The notes below the pieces were generated by a model that searched no databases, was not told the DNA's origin, and worked only from the letters and a program-made list of their open reading frames with translations. Made by a program: the position numbers and the translations under genes. Of a stretch of 64,000 bases of DNA, positions 13,465-30,454 are shown in pieces. This DNA is from the human T2T-CHM13v2.0 reference genome, Homo sapiens: the NCBI RefSeq assembly GCF_009914755.1, contig NC_060940.1, one strand, 5' to 3'. Position 1 is the first letter of the stretch. Every line of letters starts with the position of its first letter.

Positions 13465-13836
13465 ATGCTGGGTCTGGAGGGCCCCTGCTGGGTGGGCCCA
13501 GGGCCTGATGGGGGCCTTGCTGTGAGTGAGGAGTTTGGGGATGTGAGGCTGTTTGGCAGTGCCCGCCAACCCCTGGGCTCCCTGGGGGGCTGGACGGGGC
13601 ACACTTTCGGCTGCCCAGCGGGCATCTGCTCCAACTCAGAGGGCAATGTTATTGTGGCAGACGAGCAGAGGCGCCAGGTGACCCTGTTTCCCCGGGCTGG
13701 GCCACCCATCTGCCTGGTGTCAGAGGGGCTTGGGCAGCCCTTGGGAGTGGCCTGTGCACCCCAGGGCCAGCTCCTGGTGGCTGATGCCAAGGACAACTCC
13801 ATCAAGGTGTACCAGGGCCTCAAGGAGCTGGCCTGA
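13465..13836 (+). CDS. NHLRC4: NHL-repeat protein 4, AUG-initiated CDS (123 aa; last three NHL blades)
   Basis: MLGLEGPCWVG...PAGICSNSEGNVIVADE...PLGVACAPQGQLLVADAKDNSIKVYQGLKELA*. Confidence 0.88.
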   Translation: MLGLEGPCWVGPGPDGGLAVSEEFGDVRLFGSARQPLGSLGGWTGHTFGCPAGICSNSEGNVIVADEQRRQVTLFPRAGPPICLVSEGLGQPLGVACAPQGQLLVADAKDNSIKVYQGLKELA

Positions 13837-14647
13837 CCTGAGGCTGGGTTGGAGCAGCCCTCCTGTGCCTGAGGCCAGCTCCCAGGCCCTTGGATCACCG
13901 CGGGAGGAACCCTCAGGATGGGTGGAGCCTCCAGGCTATGGGCATTGCCTGCCTGATGCCAGCACCACCTGGGCTGGGCCCTGGGCTTGGCTCGAGTTCT
14001 CCTGCTGGTGAGGCTCCGGATCTCAGGAGCAGCCCTGAGTCTGCTTCCCAGGCTGCCCCTGCCAGGCCTGCAGCCTCCCCAGCCAGGGCTGCTCTCTGCT
14101 GTCCCCATTCAGTGCCCTGGCCCCTGCATTCATGCCCCCCACACCCCCTCAGGCCCTGTGCCTGGACTTTGGGGCTGGCAGCTGAAGCCTTGAGATCCTG
14201 GGCCAGCTGCCGGCACACAGCTAGGCAGACTCTCCCACCAGGTGCCCCTGCCCAGGCCTCCTAATCGGGGGCAGACAGGCAGGGAGGGTGTGGCTGGGCT
14301 GGGCTGGGCGGGGCGGCCTGGGGCAGGGGTGTGGCCCCTAAATGTCCCCAACCTCAGAGGGACCTAGAGTCCTGAGCCTCCAGTAGCTTCTCTGGGCCTG
14401 GCAGAGGTAAGGGGGAGGCAACCCTGGAGTGTCTGGAGGCCCATGGCTGGCTGAACCCTGGATGCCTTTTCTTCCGCGTCCCCATGAATGAAAGCTGTCT
14501 GGGCCTTCATTCTGCAGACAGGGACAAACAGCTCCATGCTGTTTGTCCTCCCAGTGCAGCCGTGCTGGGAGGGTCTGGGGGAGCTTCCTACAAGGAGAGA
14601 CTCCTGCTGCTTTGGAAAACTGAGAAAAAATAGGGGTCTAACCCTCT

Positions 14648-14682
14648 CCTCCCATTTTACAAGTGGGGAAATGAGGCGTGAA
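14648..14682. mobile_element. MIR core fragment
   Basis: cccattttacaagtggggaaatgaggc resembles the MIR core cccattttacagatgaggaaactgaggc. Confidence 0.55.
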
Positions 14683-14891
14683 AGGAGAGGCGTCTGGGTT
14701 ACTCCGTGGGTCTGGGGTCCAGGGAAGGGCCTGTATGGGGGAGGGAGCTGGGAGGGGACGGTGTCTGGCTCTACCCCTGTGGGGTGGGGAGGTGGGGCTC
14801 CCCTGTATCACAGGACATCCCCCCTGAGAGGTCCCTCATATGTCTGGGTCCTGTGGGTGGGGGACTAACTGCGCAATGTAGTTAGGTGCTC

Positions 14892-14897
14892 AATAAA
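14892..14897 (+). terminator. NHLRC4: NHLRC4 poly(A) signal AATAAA
   Basis: AATAAA ~1.05 kb after the stop, in the context tagttaggtgctcaataaa. Confidence 0.8.
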
Positions 14898-15049
14898 CGG
14901 AGTTGCCGCTGAGGTCTGGGCTGGGGTCTTGTTCCTGGGATCGGGAGGGGCTGGACGCCTGTGTGTTCTCTCCTGACGATCGCTGGCGGCAGCCTCTGGG
15001 CTGGTCCTACCAGGGCTCAAAATTCCCGGCACCACTGGCCTTGGGGATC

Positions 15050-15740
15050 TGGGGGCGGCCCCTCTGCAGACAACAGAGTGACGGGGGCGGGACCGGGCTG
15101 GGGCTGGGGCCTTCCTGGAATCCCGCAGGGCCTGGGGACCTGTTCACTTGGGGAGGCTGGGAGCCAGGCGGGGTCCGGGTTCCACGAAGGCCAGGTCCAG
15201 TCAGTTTCTCAGGTGAGGAAACCGAGCTGACGCGGGGCTGGCGGCCCGGAGGCAGGCTCGGGAGGTCCGGGCCTGGGGACTGGGCGGGCACGCTGCGCCG
15301 CGGAACGCTCGGGTCGGGCGGGCGGGCGGGCAGCCCGGGCGCCTTTGGGGGCCGGACCGTCGCGCGGCAACGCGCGGAGCCGGCGGAAGTGGGGCTCGGG
15401 TCCCGCGGCGGGGCTGGAGGCAGCGAGCGCCGTCGTCTGCCCGGGCCCGCCCATCGGGGTCCCCAACCCCATCCGGACCCCGCCGCCCGAGCGCGCGGCC
15501 CCGGAAGCACCCGGTGAGCAGGGGGGGTGGGCGGCGCGCGGCGGGACCTCGGGCAGCGCCCCTGCGGCTCCGGGCCTGGGCTGGGGGCTCCGCACTCCCG
15601 CCCGCGGCGCCGCTGCTTTCTCCTCCCAGAAGTGGGGCCGCCCCCGGGCCCGCGCCGACCTGGGCCCCTGTGGACCCTGTGCAAGGGCGGTCGGCGGCCC
15701 GGGCCTGGCTGTGGGCCCTTCGCAGTTGTCCCGGTTTGCA
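15050..15740. promoter_or_regulatory. CpG island / PIGQ promoter with ETS (GCGGAAGTG 15383-15391) and GC boxes
   Basis: CpG-dense; exon 1 donor CCG|GTGAGC at 15513/14. Confidence 0.85.
15390..15513 (+). other. PIGQ: PIGQ non-coding exon 1 (5' end approximate)
   Basis: Donor at 15513/14 in the CpG island; no ATG in the exon. Confidence 0.75.
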
Positions 15741-15781
15741 GGAAAGGGCAAAAAACGGAATCGTAGGCTCTTCCCAAATGA

Positions 15782-16259
<478 letters not shown>

Positions 16260-16437
16260 TCAGCCAGAGATGGCCCTGGCCCGTCCTAACTGGGCTGGGG
16301 TGCCCCCATTCCCTCATTCACGGGGAGGAGAGGGAAGTCTTAGTCTTACTACTTTATATGGTCGACCTCCCTACCTGCCTGGTCTGGGAATGGCTTCTCA
16401 AGAGCACTCGGGCTCATTCTTAGCAGAGGAAGCTCTT

Positions 16438-16453
16438 CTGGCTAGCCTGGCGC

Positions 16454-16532
<79 letters not shown>

Positions 16533-17379
16533 TGGCTAGCCTGTGTGTGTGTGTCTGGCTAGCCTGTGTGTGTGTGTGTCTGGCTAGCCTGTGTGTGTGT
16601 GTGTCTGGCTAGCCTGTGTGTGTGTGTGTCTGTCTGGCTAGCCTGGTGCCCGTGTGTGTGTGTATGTGTGTGTGTGTGTGTCTGGCTAGCCTGGCGCCCG
16701 TGGCTAGCCTGGTGCCCGTGTGTGTGTGTATGTATGTGTCTGGCTAGCCTGGCTCCCGTGGCTAGCCTGGTGCCTGTGTGTGTGTGTGTGTATGTGTCTG
16801 GCTAGCCTGGTGCCCGTGGCTAGCCTGGTGCCCGTGTGTGTGTGGGGGGGGGGGGGCTAGCCTTGTGTGTGTGTGTCTGGCTAGCCTGTGTGTGTCTGGC
16901 TAGCGTGTGTGTGTGTGTCTGGCTAGCCTGTGTGTGTGTGTGTGGCTAGCCTGGCGCCCGTGTGTGTGTGTGTGTGTGTGTGTCTGGCTAGCCTGGCACC
17001 CGTGGCTAGCCTGGTGCCCGTGTGTGTGTGTGTGTGTCTGGCTAGCCTGGCACCCGTGGCTAGCCTGGCGCCCGTGTGTGTGTGTGTGTGTGTCTGGCTA
17101 GCCTGTGTGTGTCTGGTTAGCCTGTGTGTGTGTGTGTGTGTCTGGCTAGCCTGTGTGTGTGTGTGTGGCTAGCCTGGCGCCCGTGTGTGTGTGTGTGTCT
17201 GGCTAGCCTGGCAACCATGGCTAGCCTGGTGCCCGTGTGTGTGTGTGTGTCTGGCTAGCCTGGGACCCGTGGCTAGCCTGGTGCCCGTGTGTGTGTGTCT
17301 GGCTAGCCTGTGTGTGTCTGGTTAGCCTGTGTGTGTGTGTGTGTGTTTGTGTCTGGCTAGCCTGTGTGTGTCTGGTTAG

Positions 17380-17410
<31 letters not shown>

Positions 17411-17524
17411 CTGGCTAGCCTGGCGCCTGTGTGTGTGTGTGTCTGGCTAGCCTGGTGCCCGTGTGTGTGTGTGTGTGTGTGTGTGGCTAGCCTGGCGCCC
17501 GTGTGTGTGTGTGTGTGTGTGTGT
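16438..17524. repeat. Compound repeat: TCTGGCTAGCCTG(GCGCCCG) units separated by variable (TG)n; includes ~(GT)38 at 16456-16531
   Basis: Seen directly in the sequence. Confidence 0.95.
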
Positions 17525-17782
17525 TTCCTCAGTCTTTAAAGATGCTCACGTTGCTTTCTCCCGTCCCATACCTCCTCTGCTATCGATCGCTTCTCTTTCA
17601 TCTTCCTCTGGCTGTGTGATCCCAGCAGCTGCTAGTGCAGGCTTCTTTGTGCCGCCGACCGTCCCAGAGGCTGAGGTGGGAGTGTGATGGGCGTTTGCCC
17701 CACAGTACGTTGAGTTTTCTCTCACTACTCGACAGAGAAGAGTAGCTTCTGCCCTCCCATCTCCTTCGGTAGACACAAGGCA

Positions 17783-17925
17783 CTTTTTTTTTTTAAGGTA
17801 AACTTTGTAGATGAAGCACAAAGAATACACACAAAGAAAGCGCACAGATCGTGAGCACGTAGCTCGGTGAATTTACCCAAAGTGAGCCCACCGCAGAACC
17901 AGCTCCCCCTAGAACATCTGTTTAC
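17783..17925 (-). mobile_element. Old L1 (L1M-type) 3' fragment
   Basis: Poly-T followed by aactttgtagat...gtagctcggtgaatttacccaaagtgag, typical of L1M 3' ends. Confidence 0.4.
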
Positions 17926-18427
17926 TGTTAGACCCATTGTGTTTCTTTTCCGACGATATCTGTGGGCAGTTTTCCTTAGTCCCTGTGAAAGCTCTTCCCC
18001 AGCAGGGCGTGATGGGTCCCTGGGCTGAGCTGGTGTGAAAGGTGGGCTGTACTGGGTGGTCCCCTATGGTGGTCACACAGCCAGACACGCTGGGCCCCTC
18101 GCAGGCAGAATCACTTTGTCCCTCTCACGATGTCCTTGGTGCCTCACGTCAGCTGGCCTCCAGGCATCCACCCGCCGCCTGCCCTCTCTGACCACTGAGG
18201 AAATGGGCATTTGAGGAGTTCTGCAGCCTGACCCAGAAGGTCCCTTTTCAGCTAGAACCCACCGCCTTGAGTGACTGGATCCTCCAGCCCCAGTGCGGGC
18301 TGCCTGCAGGGGAGGAGAGCAGCTGCACCAGGGGCCTCTTAAGCCCCAGGCATTTCCGTGTGAGGCCTCTTCCAGAGCCCCTCCAAGCTTCGGGAGAGGA
18401 CTTACAGGTCACACCACCCCGACGTGT

Positions 18428-18756
18428 GCATCCTGCTCTGTTCCCTCGTCCCTAAGGATGTGGTGGGCTCTGAGACCTCCAGGCATCCTGGTCTGTTCCC
18501 TCATCCCTAAGGGCGTGGTGGGCTCTGAGACCTCCAGGCATCCCACTCTGTTCCCTCGTCCCTAAGGGCGTGGTGGGCACTGGGACCTCCAGGCGTCCCG
18601 CTCTGTTCCCTCGTCCCTAAGGATGTGGTGGGCACTGGGACCTCCAGGCGTCCCGCTCTGTTCCCTCGTCCCTAAGGATGTGGTGGGCACTGCGACCTCC
18701 AGGCGTCCCGCTCTGTTCCCTCGTCCCTAAGGGCGTGGTGGGCGCTGGGACCTCCA
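18428..18756. repeat. 55-bp VNTR, ~6 copies
   Basis: ctctgttccctcgtccctaagg... at 18436, 18491, 18546, 18601, 18656 and 18711. Confidence 0.95.
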
Positions 18757-19837
18757 GACCCAGGCTCAGGCCAAGCTATGTCCCTCCCTCGAGTGTGGCT
18801 CCAGCGTGGGGGGTCTCTGCTCAGGGTGGCCGCTCCACTCTTCGTGCAGGCGAGATGGGGCTTTCTGTGTCTGAGGAAGGCGAGCGGCCCAGCCAGCCGG
18901 CCAGTAGTGCCCCCACCGCTAGGGAGTCCTCCTGCCCTGTGGGGCCCCGCCAGGGAAGGCATCAGTGGAGAAGGAGCCCCAGCTGGCTGCATGGCTCCGC
19001 AGGGGCCTGTGAGAAAGGGGGAGGAGAGGCCCAGGGCCTGGGAACCGCGGTAGCTCAGGTGGCTTCCTACTCAACAGCCACCTTGGAAGGCTGGTGTCCC
19101 TCAGCCTGAGAGTGCAGGATGCAGTTTCTCCACACCTCCGGGACCTGTAAGCCTCTCTCTCCCCGTTTCTAGGCACCCATGTCGTTGGAGAAATATATCC
19201 TGGAGAGAAAATGCTCCCTGAGGGAGCCCTGCCCTGGGGTGGCTGTGGGGATGTCAGGGAGGGCCAGGCACTGCCGGGTGCCACCGTGGGCGGGGGTCAG
19301 AGTGGAGGCCGAAGCCCTGTGTGCCCTGAGCAACGAGGCAGGTCCTTCCTGCCCCCAGGGAGGGGCTTGTGGGAGGCAGGGACCTTCTGGGGGGCTGCCC
19401 GCCGTGCGCACGAGGTAGTTTCCACAGCCCAGCAGCACATCATTTTACATTTTCATCTTTATTCTTGCTTAATACGTGAATCATGGTTTGTCAAGGTTTC
19501 AATTGGCGTGACCTTGCTAATGAGATTGTACAGTTCTCCTCGTGCTACACCTTTAAGCACACCTCTCTAATCAGGTTTCTTAAAACTAAGAAGCCTGGAG
19601 TTCGGTTCGGCCCCACAGCCGCGTCAGGTGGTGCCGAGGAGGCCGTGCCCTGGGCCGGCCTGGAAATGGGAGGGCAGGCCTGGTGGCTGCATGTGCGTCC
19701 TGCCTCGTGCGGGTGGGGCTGAGCTGGGCCTGGGGTGGACTTGGGGCCAGCACTCTGGCTGCCCCTTGGAGAAGCATGGCCCACGCGAGGCGGCAGCCAA
19801 GGAGCCCTACGGCGTCCACCACCGAACTTGAAGCTGA

Positions 19838-20653
<816 letters not shown>

Positions 20654-21356
20654 TAGGTGTCCCGGGACAGGCAGGTGGCAAAGAGTGGGGTCCCATGAGT
20701 GCTGGCCCATCCCTTTGTCTGCAGTGGGCACAGAGGCCCAGATGCGCTCTTCCTGGGCCCGGGCCCCCTCCCACTCCTGCAGCCCGGGCTTTGGCCCCAT
20801 CCTGCTCTCCCAACCCTCGCCTCTCAGAGGGTGTCCCTCACCCCTGGGGTAGAGCCAGGTCTCTGGGCAGCCTCAGGGATTGCCAGGGGCCCTCCCAGAA
20901 GGTGTAGAGGGTGAACCTCAGTGGCTTAGGTCCCTGAAAGAGAAATCAGAAGGTGAGCACAGACATGACTACTGCTGCCTGGGGGTGCTCCTGAGGGCAC
21001 ACAGGCCCGCTGGCCTCCCTTTAGCCCTGCCTGTGCCCCCAGCAGGCCTCTGGACACTGCAGCGCTCATGGGCTGTGGGGGTGTCATCCACTTGCTGGCC
21101 CCGTGTGCCTGGGGGAGTGGTCTACAGGCCCTGCTTCTCTCCACAATCACAGGTGCTGCTGGCCAAGGGTCAGTTGAAGCCCAAGGGCCCTGAGGGGCAC
21201 GGGGGTAGCCCCGAGCTGTGGCTGAGAACAGAGGGCCCCCTTCCACAGGGGACCTCATCTGCCTGGCGGAGGTGCCCCATGGGGAGCAGCTAGGGGTCAC
21301 CTGCAGTTGCCCCCTGCCTTAGACCCGGGGGTGCATACTCTGGAAGCCTGGGGTGA

Positions 21357-21935
<579 letters not shown>

Positions 21936-22022
21936 TGACCCCTCCGGCCAGGCAGGCCTCCTCCTGCGGCCCCAGGCTGTGCTGGCCACCCTCATGCCGG
22001 CCGGGCCGGACCTCCCTTCCAG

Positions 22023-22143
22023 GAAGGCCAACACGGTGGCCTCTGTGCTGCTGGACGTGGCCCTGGGCCTCATGCTGCTGTCCTGGCTCCACGGGAGAAG
22101 CCGCATCGGGCATCTGGCCGACGCCCTCGTTCCTGTGGCTGAC
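22023..22143 (+). CDS. PIGQ: PIGQ exon 4
   Basis: ttccag|GAAGGCC...GAC|gtgagt; [15 protein letters not shown]...PVAD. Confidence 0.95.
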
Positions 22144-23184
22144 GTGAGTGGACTGGGGTGGAGCCCGGTGTCCCGGGTGGGCGTGGGGACCCCTCCTGGG
22201 CAGCAGAGCCTTCCCGGGCCAGAGCCACCGCCCCACAAAGCCAGTTCTACCTTCTCCATGCTCTGGAGACACGGCCCTCCCCTGAACCAGAAGCAGGAAC
22301 TCCAGGGGCGCTGGGGCCTGGGCAGGGCAGGCCTCGCAGGTACACCCCCCTTTCCTTCTGAAGGGGCTGTGTGCAGGAGCCAGCCGGGCTGAGGCTCTGG
22401 GGAGCCCGCCTCTCCCTGTGGGCCCAGCGTCCTGGTATCTCCCTTGTGGTCCCTGAGATCAGCGTTGCCCTCCTGGCTCTCTGGGGCCCTCTGCAGAGCC
22501 AGGGTCATGAAACCTTTCCTGTCCAGGGAGGCCCATGTGCAGCCCAGCTGGGACTTCCTGCCCTGCCCCTGTGCTGATTCTGTAACTCCTGTGCTGAGAG
22601 CCAGAGGCACAGCTTGTCTCCCATCTCCCACCTTCCCTGCATGGTCTGTGCCCCGTTTCCAGCCGGGTGCAGCCCCCTCCTCTGCAGATCTAGTGCATTT
22701 CCATGCTGCCTCTGGGCCTTCAGCTTCTCTGTCTTCCTCCCTCAGCACCAAAGCCCCGTCTCTTCCATTAGGAGCTTGTCTTCCTGCTGGGGGTGGTACC
22801 TGACTCTTTGGCCCACCCTCGGGCCTCTGTGGAGGCCTCCTTGAGGCCTGACTGGGTGGGTCTTGTGTGGGCTGCAGGTGTGCACTGGGCCTGCTTGTGG
22901 CCAGGCCAGGCCTCTGGGGGCAGCATCAGGCACGTCTGTGTGGCTGTGGGGGTGCAGGGAGCTCCAGCCCAGAAGGAAGGAGGGGCGGGGCTGGGGAAGG
23001 GGCTCGGCAGCTTTGCCTGTGGTCGTCCGCACCTGCCACCGGCCTACTTTGTCCTAGACCTCCCTTTTGCAAAAGTGCTCAGAAATATAAATATTTAATT
23101 TAAAAATGAAAGTCTCTTCCTGCTGCCAAGCTCTTATCCTTTAAATATTAAATAAGCTCTATTTATAAAGAATGTTCTTTTCTC

Positions 23185-23584
<400 letters not shown>

Positions 23585-24267
23585 TCACTGTCTCCTTAGT
23601 GGGGAGGCTGAGGCTCCCTTGGGGTCTGCCCGCTGGGGCACAGCCTCTGGATGCTGAGTTTCTTCCTGGGCGGCCAAGACCCTGCTTCCCTGTTTGCTCT
23701 TGGGGGTGCCTGTGCCCTCAACTTGACGCCATCCTCCCTCTGGGGACCTGTCCTCCTGCCTGGTCGCTGTGGCCCTGATGGGCTTGGCACTGTCTCGCTC
23801 ACCTGTGGTCATCCCGGGCAGCCCCCAGCCTCTGCGATGGGGTGGGGCCTCTGGAGGGGACTGTGTCAGCTGTGGGCTTCCCTGCAGGGCTGGAGCCGAA
23901 TCAGGGTCTGCCAGGCCTCAGTGCGTCCACGTGTTTGGGGCCGAGGGCTCCAGTGGGTCCTGTGGCCGAGGTAGTGAGAGGGGAGGAAGATGGTAGAGGT
24001 GGGTGCAGGCAGGGGGCCACGCGGATGCCCTGTGGGCCCGGCCATGTCACCCAGGCCTGCAGAGAGAGGCCTCCAGACCAGCCTCCTCAGACCCCAATCC
24101 CGGAGCCATCTGTGAAGGGGAGCCCGTGTGCTGTCCACGCTAGGACGCGGTAGACCCTGGAGGAGGGAAGGCTGGCCAAGGTGGGAGCCCATCACGAAAG
24201 AGCCTGGGGAGATGCAGGTGCTGAGCCTGGCTGCCCCCGCCCCAGCGTGGCCCCTGTGTCCCTGCAG

Positions 24268-24394
24268 CACGTGGCCGAGGAGCTCCAGCATCTGCTGCAG
24301 TGGCTGATGGGTGCTCCCGCCGGGCTCAAGATGAACCGTGCACTGGACCAGGTGCTGGGCCGCTTCTTCCTCTACCACATCCACCTGTGGATCA
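24268..24394 (+). CDS. PIGQ: PIGQ exon 5
   Basis: ctgcag|CACGTG...ATCA|gtgagt; [23 protein letters not shown] (Gpi1 domain). Confidence 0.95.
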
Positions 24395-24513
24395 GTGAGT
24401 GCAGGGCAGGCGGGGGCCCCAGGGACCCCAGAGCTTGCTGAAGAGGGTAGGGACCCAGCCAGACCCCGCCCCCTGTGCCCCCAACTCTGCTCCCCAGCGT
24501 CCTGTGTGTGTGA

Positions 24514-25099
<586 letters not shown>

Positions 25100-25316
25100 T
25101 GACTGCCTCCGGCCTGTGCCCGCTGGGCCAGCGCGGTGCTTGGGCACCACAAGGGGGCAGCCTGCTCCCGTCCTGCAGCTGAGGCCGCGCACAGGCCCTG
25201 GGAATAGATAAGTCTGCGGTGTGGGCTGCACGTGGGGCTCTGAAGCAGCGCAGAGCTTCCCTGGGCCACAGAGAAGAGACAGACACACAGCCCCGAAGGT
25301 GGTGCAGGCACAGGCC

Positions 25317-26086
<770 letters not shown>

Positions 26087-26473
26087 TGAGCACCCACAGG
26101 CTGGGCCTGGCTGCAGTGCTCTGTGTGGCTTCTGCCAGCGCTGCCTGGGAGCAGTCAGCTGTGGGGCGGGCTGTCTCCTGCTGCAGGCCACGTGGGTGGC
26201 CTTTCAGGACCCTCTGGGCAGTGAGTGCTGCGCTCTGGAGTGGGCGAGGCCCTATCCTGGCCAGTAAGACACCCTCACTGCCCTGGAGCACGCAGCTGGG
26301 TGCGTGGTGGAAGGACCCCACGGCAGGTGGGGTCACGCAAGAGGCCTCCCCTGGTGCCTGGCACTGGGGCAGACAGTGGGAGGTGAGCAGAACCACCTCC
26401 AGCACCTGCTTGATTCCCAGGCCTCGATCCCCTCTGCATGTGAGGCTGTGGGGAGGCACCTCTGACCTGGTGA

Positions 26474-26941
<468 letters not shown>

Positions 26942-27133
26942 TAGTCCCAGAGGTCTGCAGGACCAGCTGCCTCCAGGGAGGTGGAGAGAGACTCAGAGAC
27001 TCACCTGCCGCGCAGGTTCAGAACCCTGGAGACCTGAGGCCACAGGCCTTTGTTCTTCTGCCTTGGGATTTTCTGGGCTTGGGAGTCTGAACTGCAGGCC
27101 AGGGGCCAAGCGCGGCAAAGTCAGAGGCACTAG

Positions 27134-27871
<738 letters not shown>

Positions 27872-27886
27872 TGCAGGAGGCTTTGA

Positions 27887-28429
<543 letters not shown>

Positions 28430-28678
28430 TGAGTCCTGGGGTGGGGTGTGCGTCCCTGTGGCACGGCCCCTCAGAGTTGGGCAGCCCCGAGGGGAGATGC
28501 AGCTTCTGCCTCCCCCCAGCGCTCCCTTCTGGCTGCAGGCTCACTTGCCTCCTTGGGAACTGGGACTGGCTTCTCCCACAGGCAAGGGAATGTCTGAGAC
28601 AGCACTGGCCCTGCCTCACAACTGCCCGCCCCCACCCTCTCTCTGCAGACGGGGTTGGAGCTCAGACCACCCCACTGA

Positions 28679-29451
<773 letters not shown>

Positions 29452-29902
29452 AGAAACCATCAGCAGGCTGTGAGCATCGCCAGGCTGCTGTGGGGGCGGG
29501 AGCAGCCTCAGTGTCAAGGGCCCGCCCACTGACCCAGCCGTACCTATTCGTCCACGGTGCCCCGTAGCAGCAGGTCCTGCGGCCAAATCTGTCTCCCTTC
29601 ATGGGCCTCCCAGGGAAGGAGGAAGCCCTGCTGTGCAGACACCTCTGTGGCCCCCCAGGAGTGTGAGTGGCCTGGGGAGGGGGCCGTGGCACTGAGGCCG
29701 AAAGTGCCTGCCAGACGGCACGGTCTGGGTGCGGGTGTTCCCTGTGAGCCCGAGTCCGCTTCAGGAGGGGAGCCTGCAGGTGCCGGCTGGTGAGGGGATG
29801 ACGCGCTGTGGGTGGGAGGAGGCAGCGCCCATCTCAGCAGCACCAGGACTGCCTGGGACTCCCTGGCAACCCAGCACCGGGGAAGCCGTCAGCTGCTGTG
29901 AC

Positions 29903-29908
29903 AATAAA
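29903..29908 (+). terminator. PIGQ: PIGQ poly(A) signal AATAAA
   Basis: First AATAAA after the stop codons. Confidence 0.8.
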
Positions 29909-30454
29909 ACCTGCCCCGTGTCTGGAGCGCAGGCTCGGTCCCGGGTCCATGTGCAGCGCGGGTCCAGGGAAGCTCTGGGGGGGGGGTGTGTGGACGCTAC
30001 TCGAGGGACTTGGGCTGCCTCACGTGGGTCTGCCCTGCAGAGTCTACACCGGCCTCCTGCTGGAGGCCCTGACGACGGCTGATGGGACGGGCTCACAGGC
30101 CCTGGGCCCTTGAGGACTTTGGTGTAGGCAGGTGAACCCGGGCCGCCCACCCTGGGGGCCGCCCACCCTGGGGTCGTGGCCTTGCCTCGACATAGATGGT
30201 GCAGGGGTGTAGGCCTCCAGGGGTGGGGCGAGCAGCTCCTGCTCTGAATCTGTGGACTCCATGTGGGGTGGGCCCCTCGTGGGTCCTGGCCCAGTACAGC
30301 CTGCGACTGCCACAGCTGCTAAGAATGGTCTCTGTCGCCTGCAGTGCTGGGGGCCCAGCTGGCGGGCCCCACAGCCCGTTCCCAGCCCGAAGTGTACAGG
30401 CCTCCATCCAACCTGGACTTCCAGGCAACCAGAGGCACTCAGGGCCCACCAACC

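Noticed and set aside
16438-17524. CRISPR-like look (constant palindromic repeat with variable spacers)
   Set aside because: Spacers are only (TG)n, there are no cas genes, and this is a human intron.
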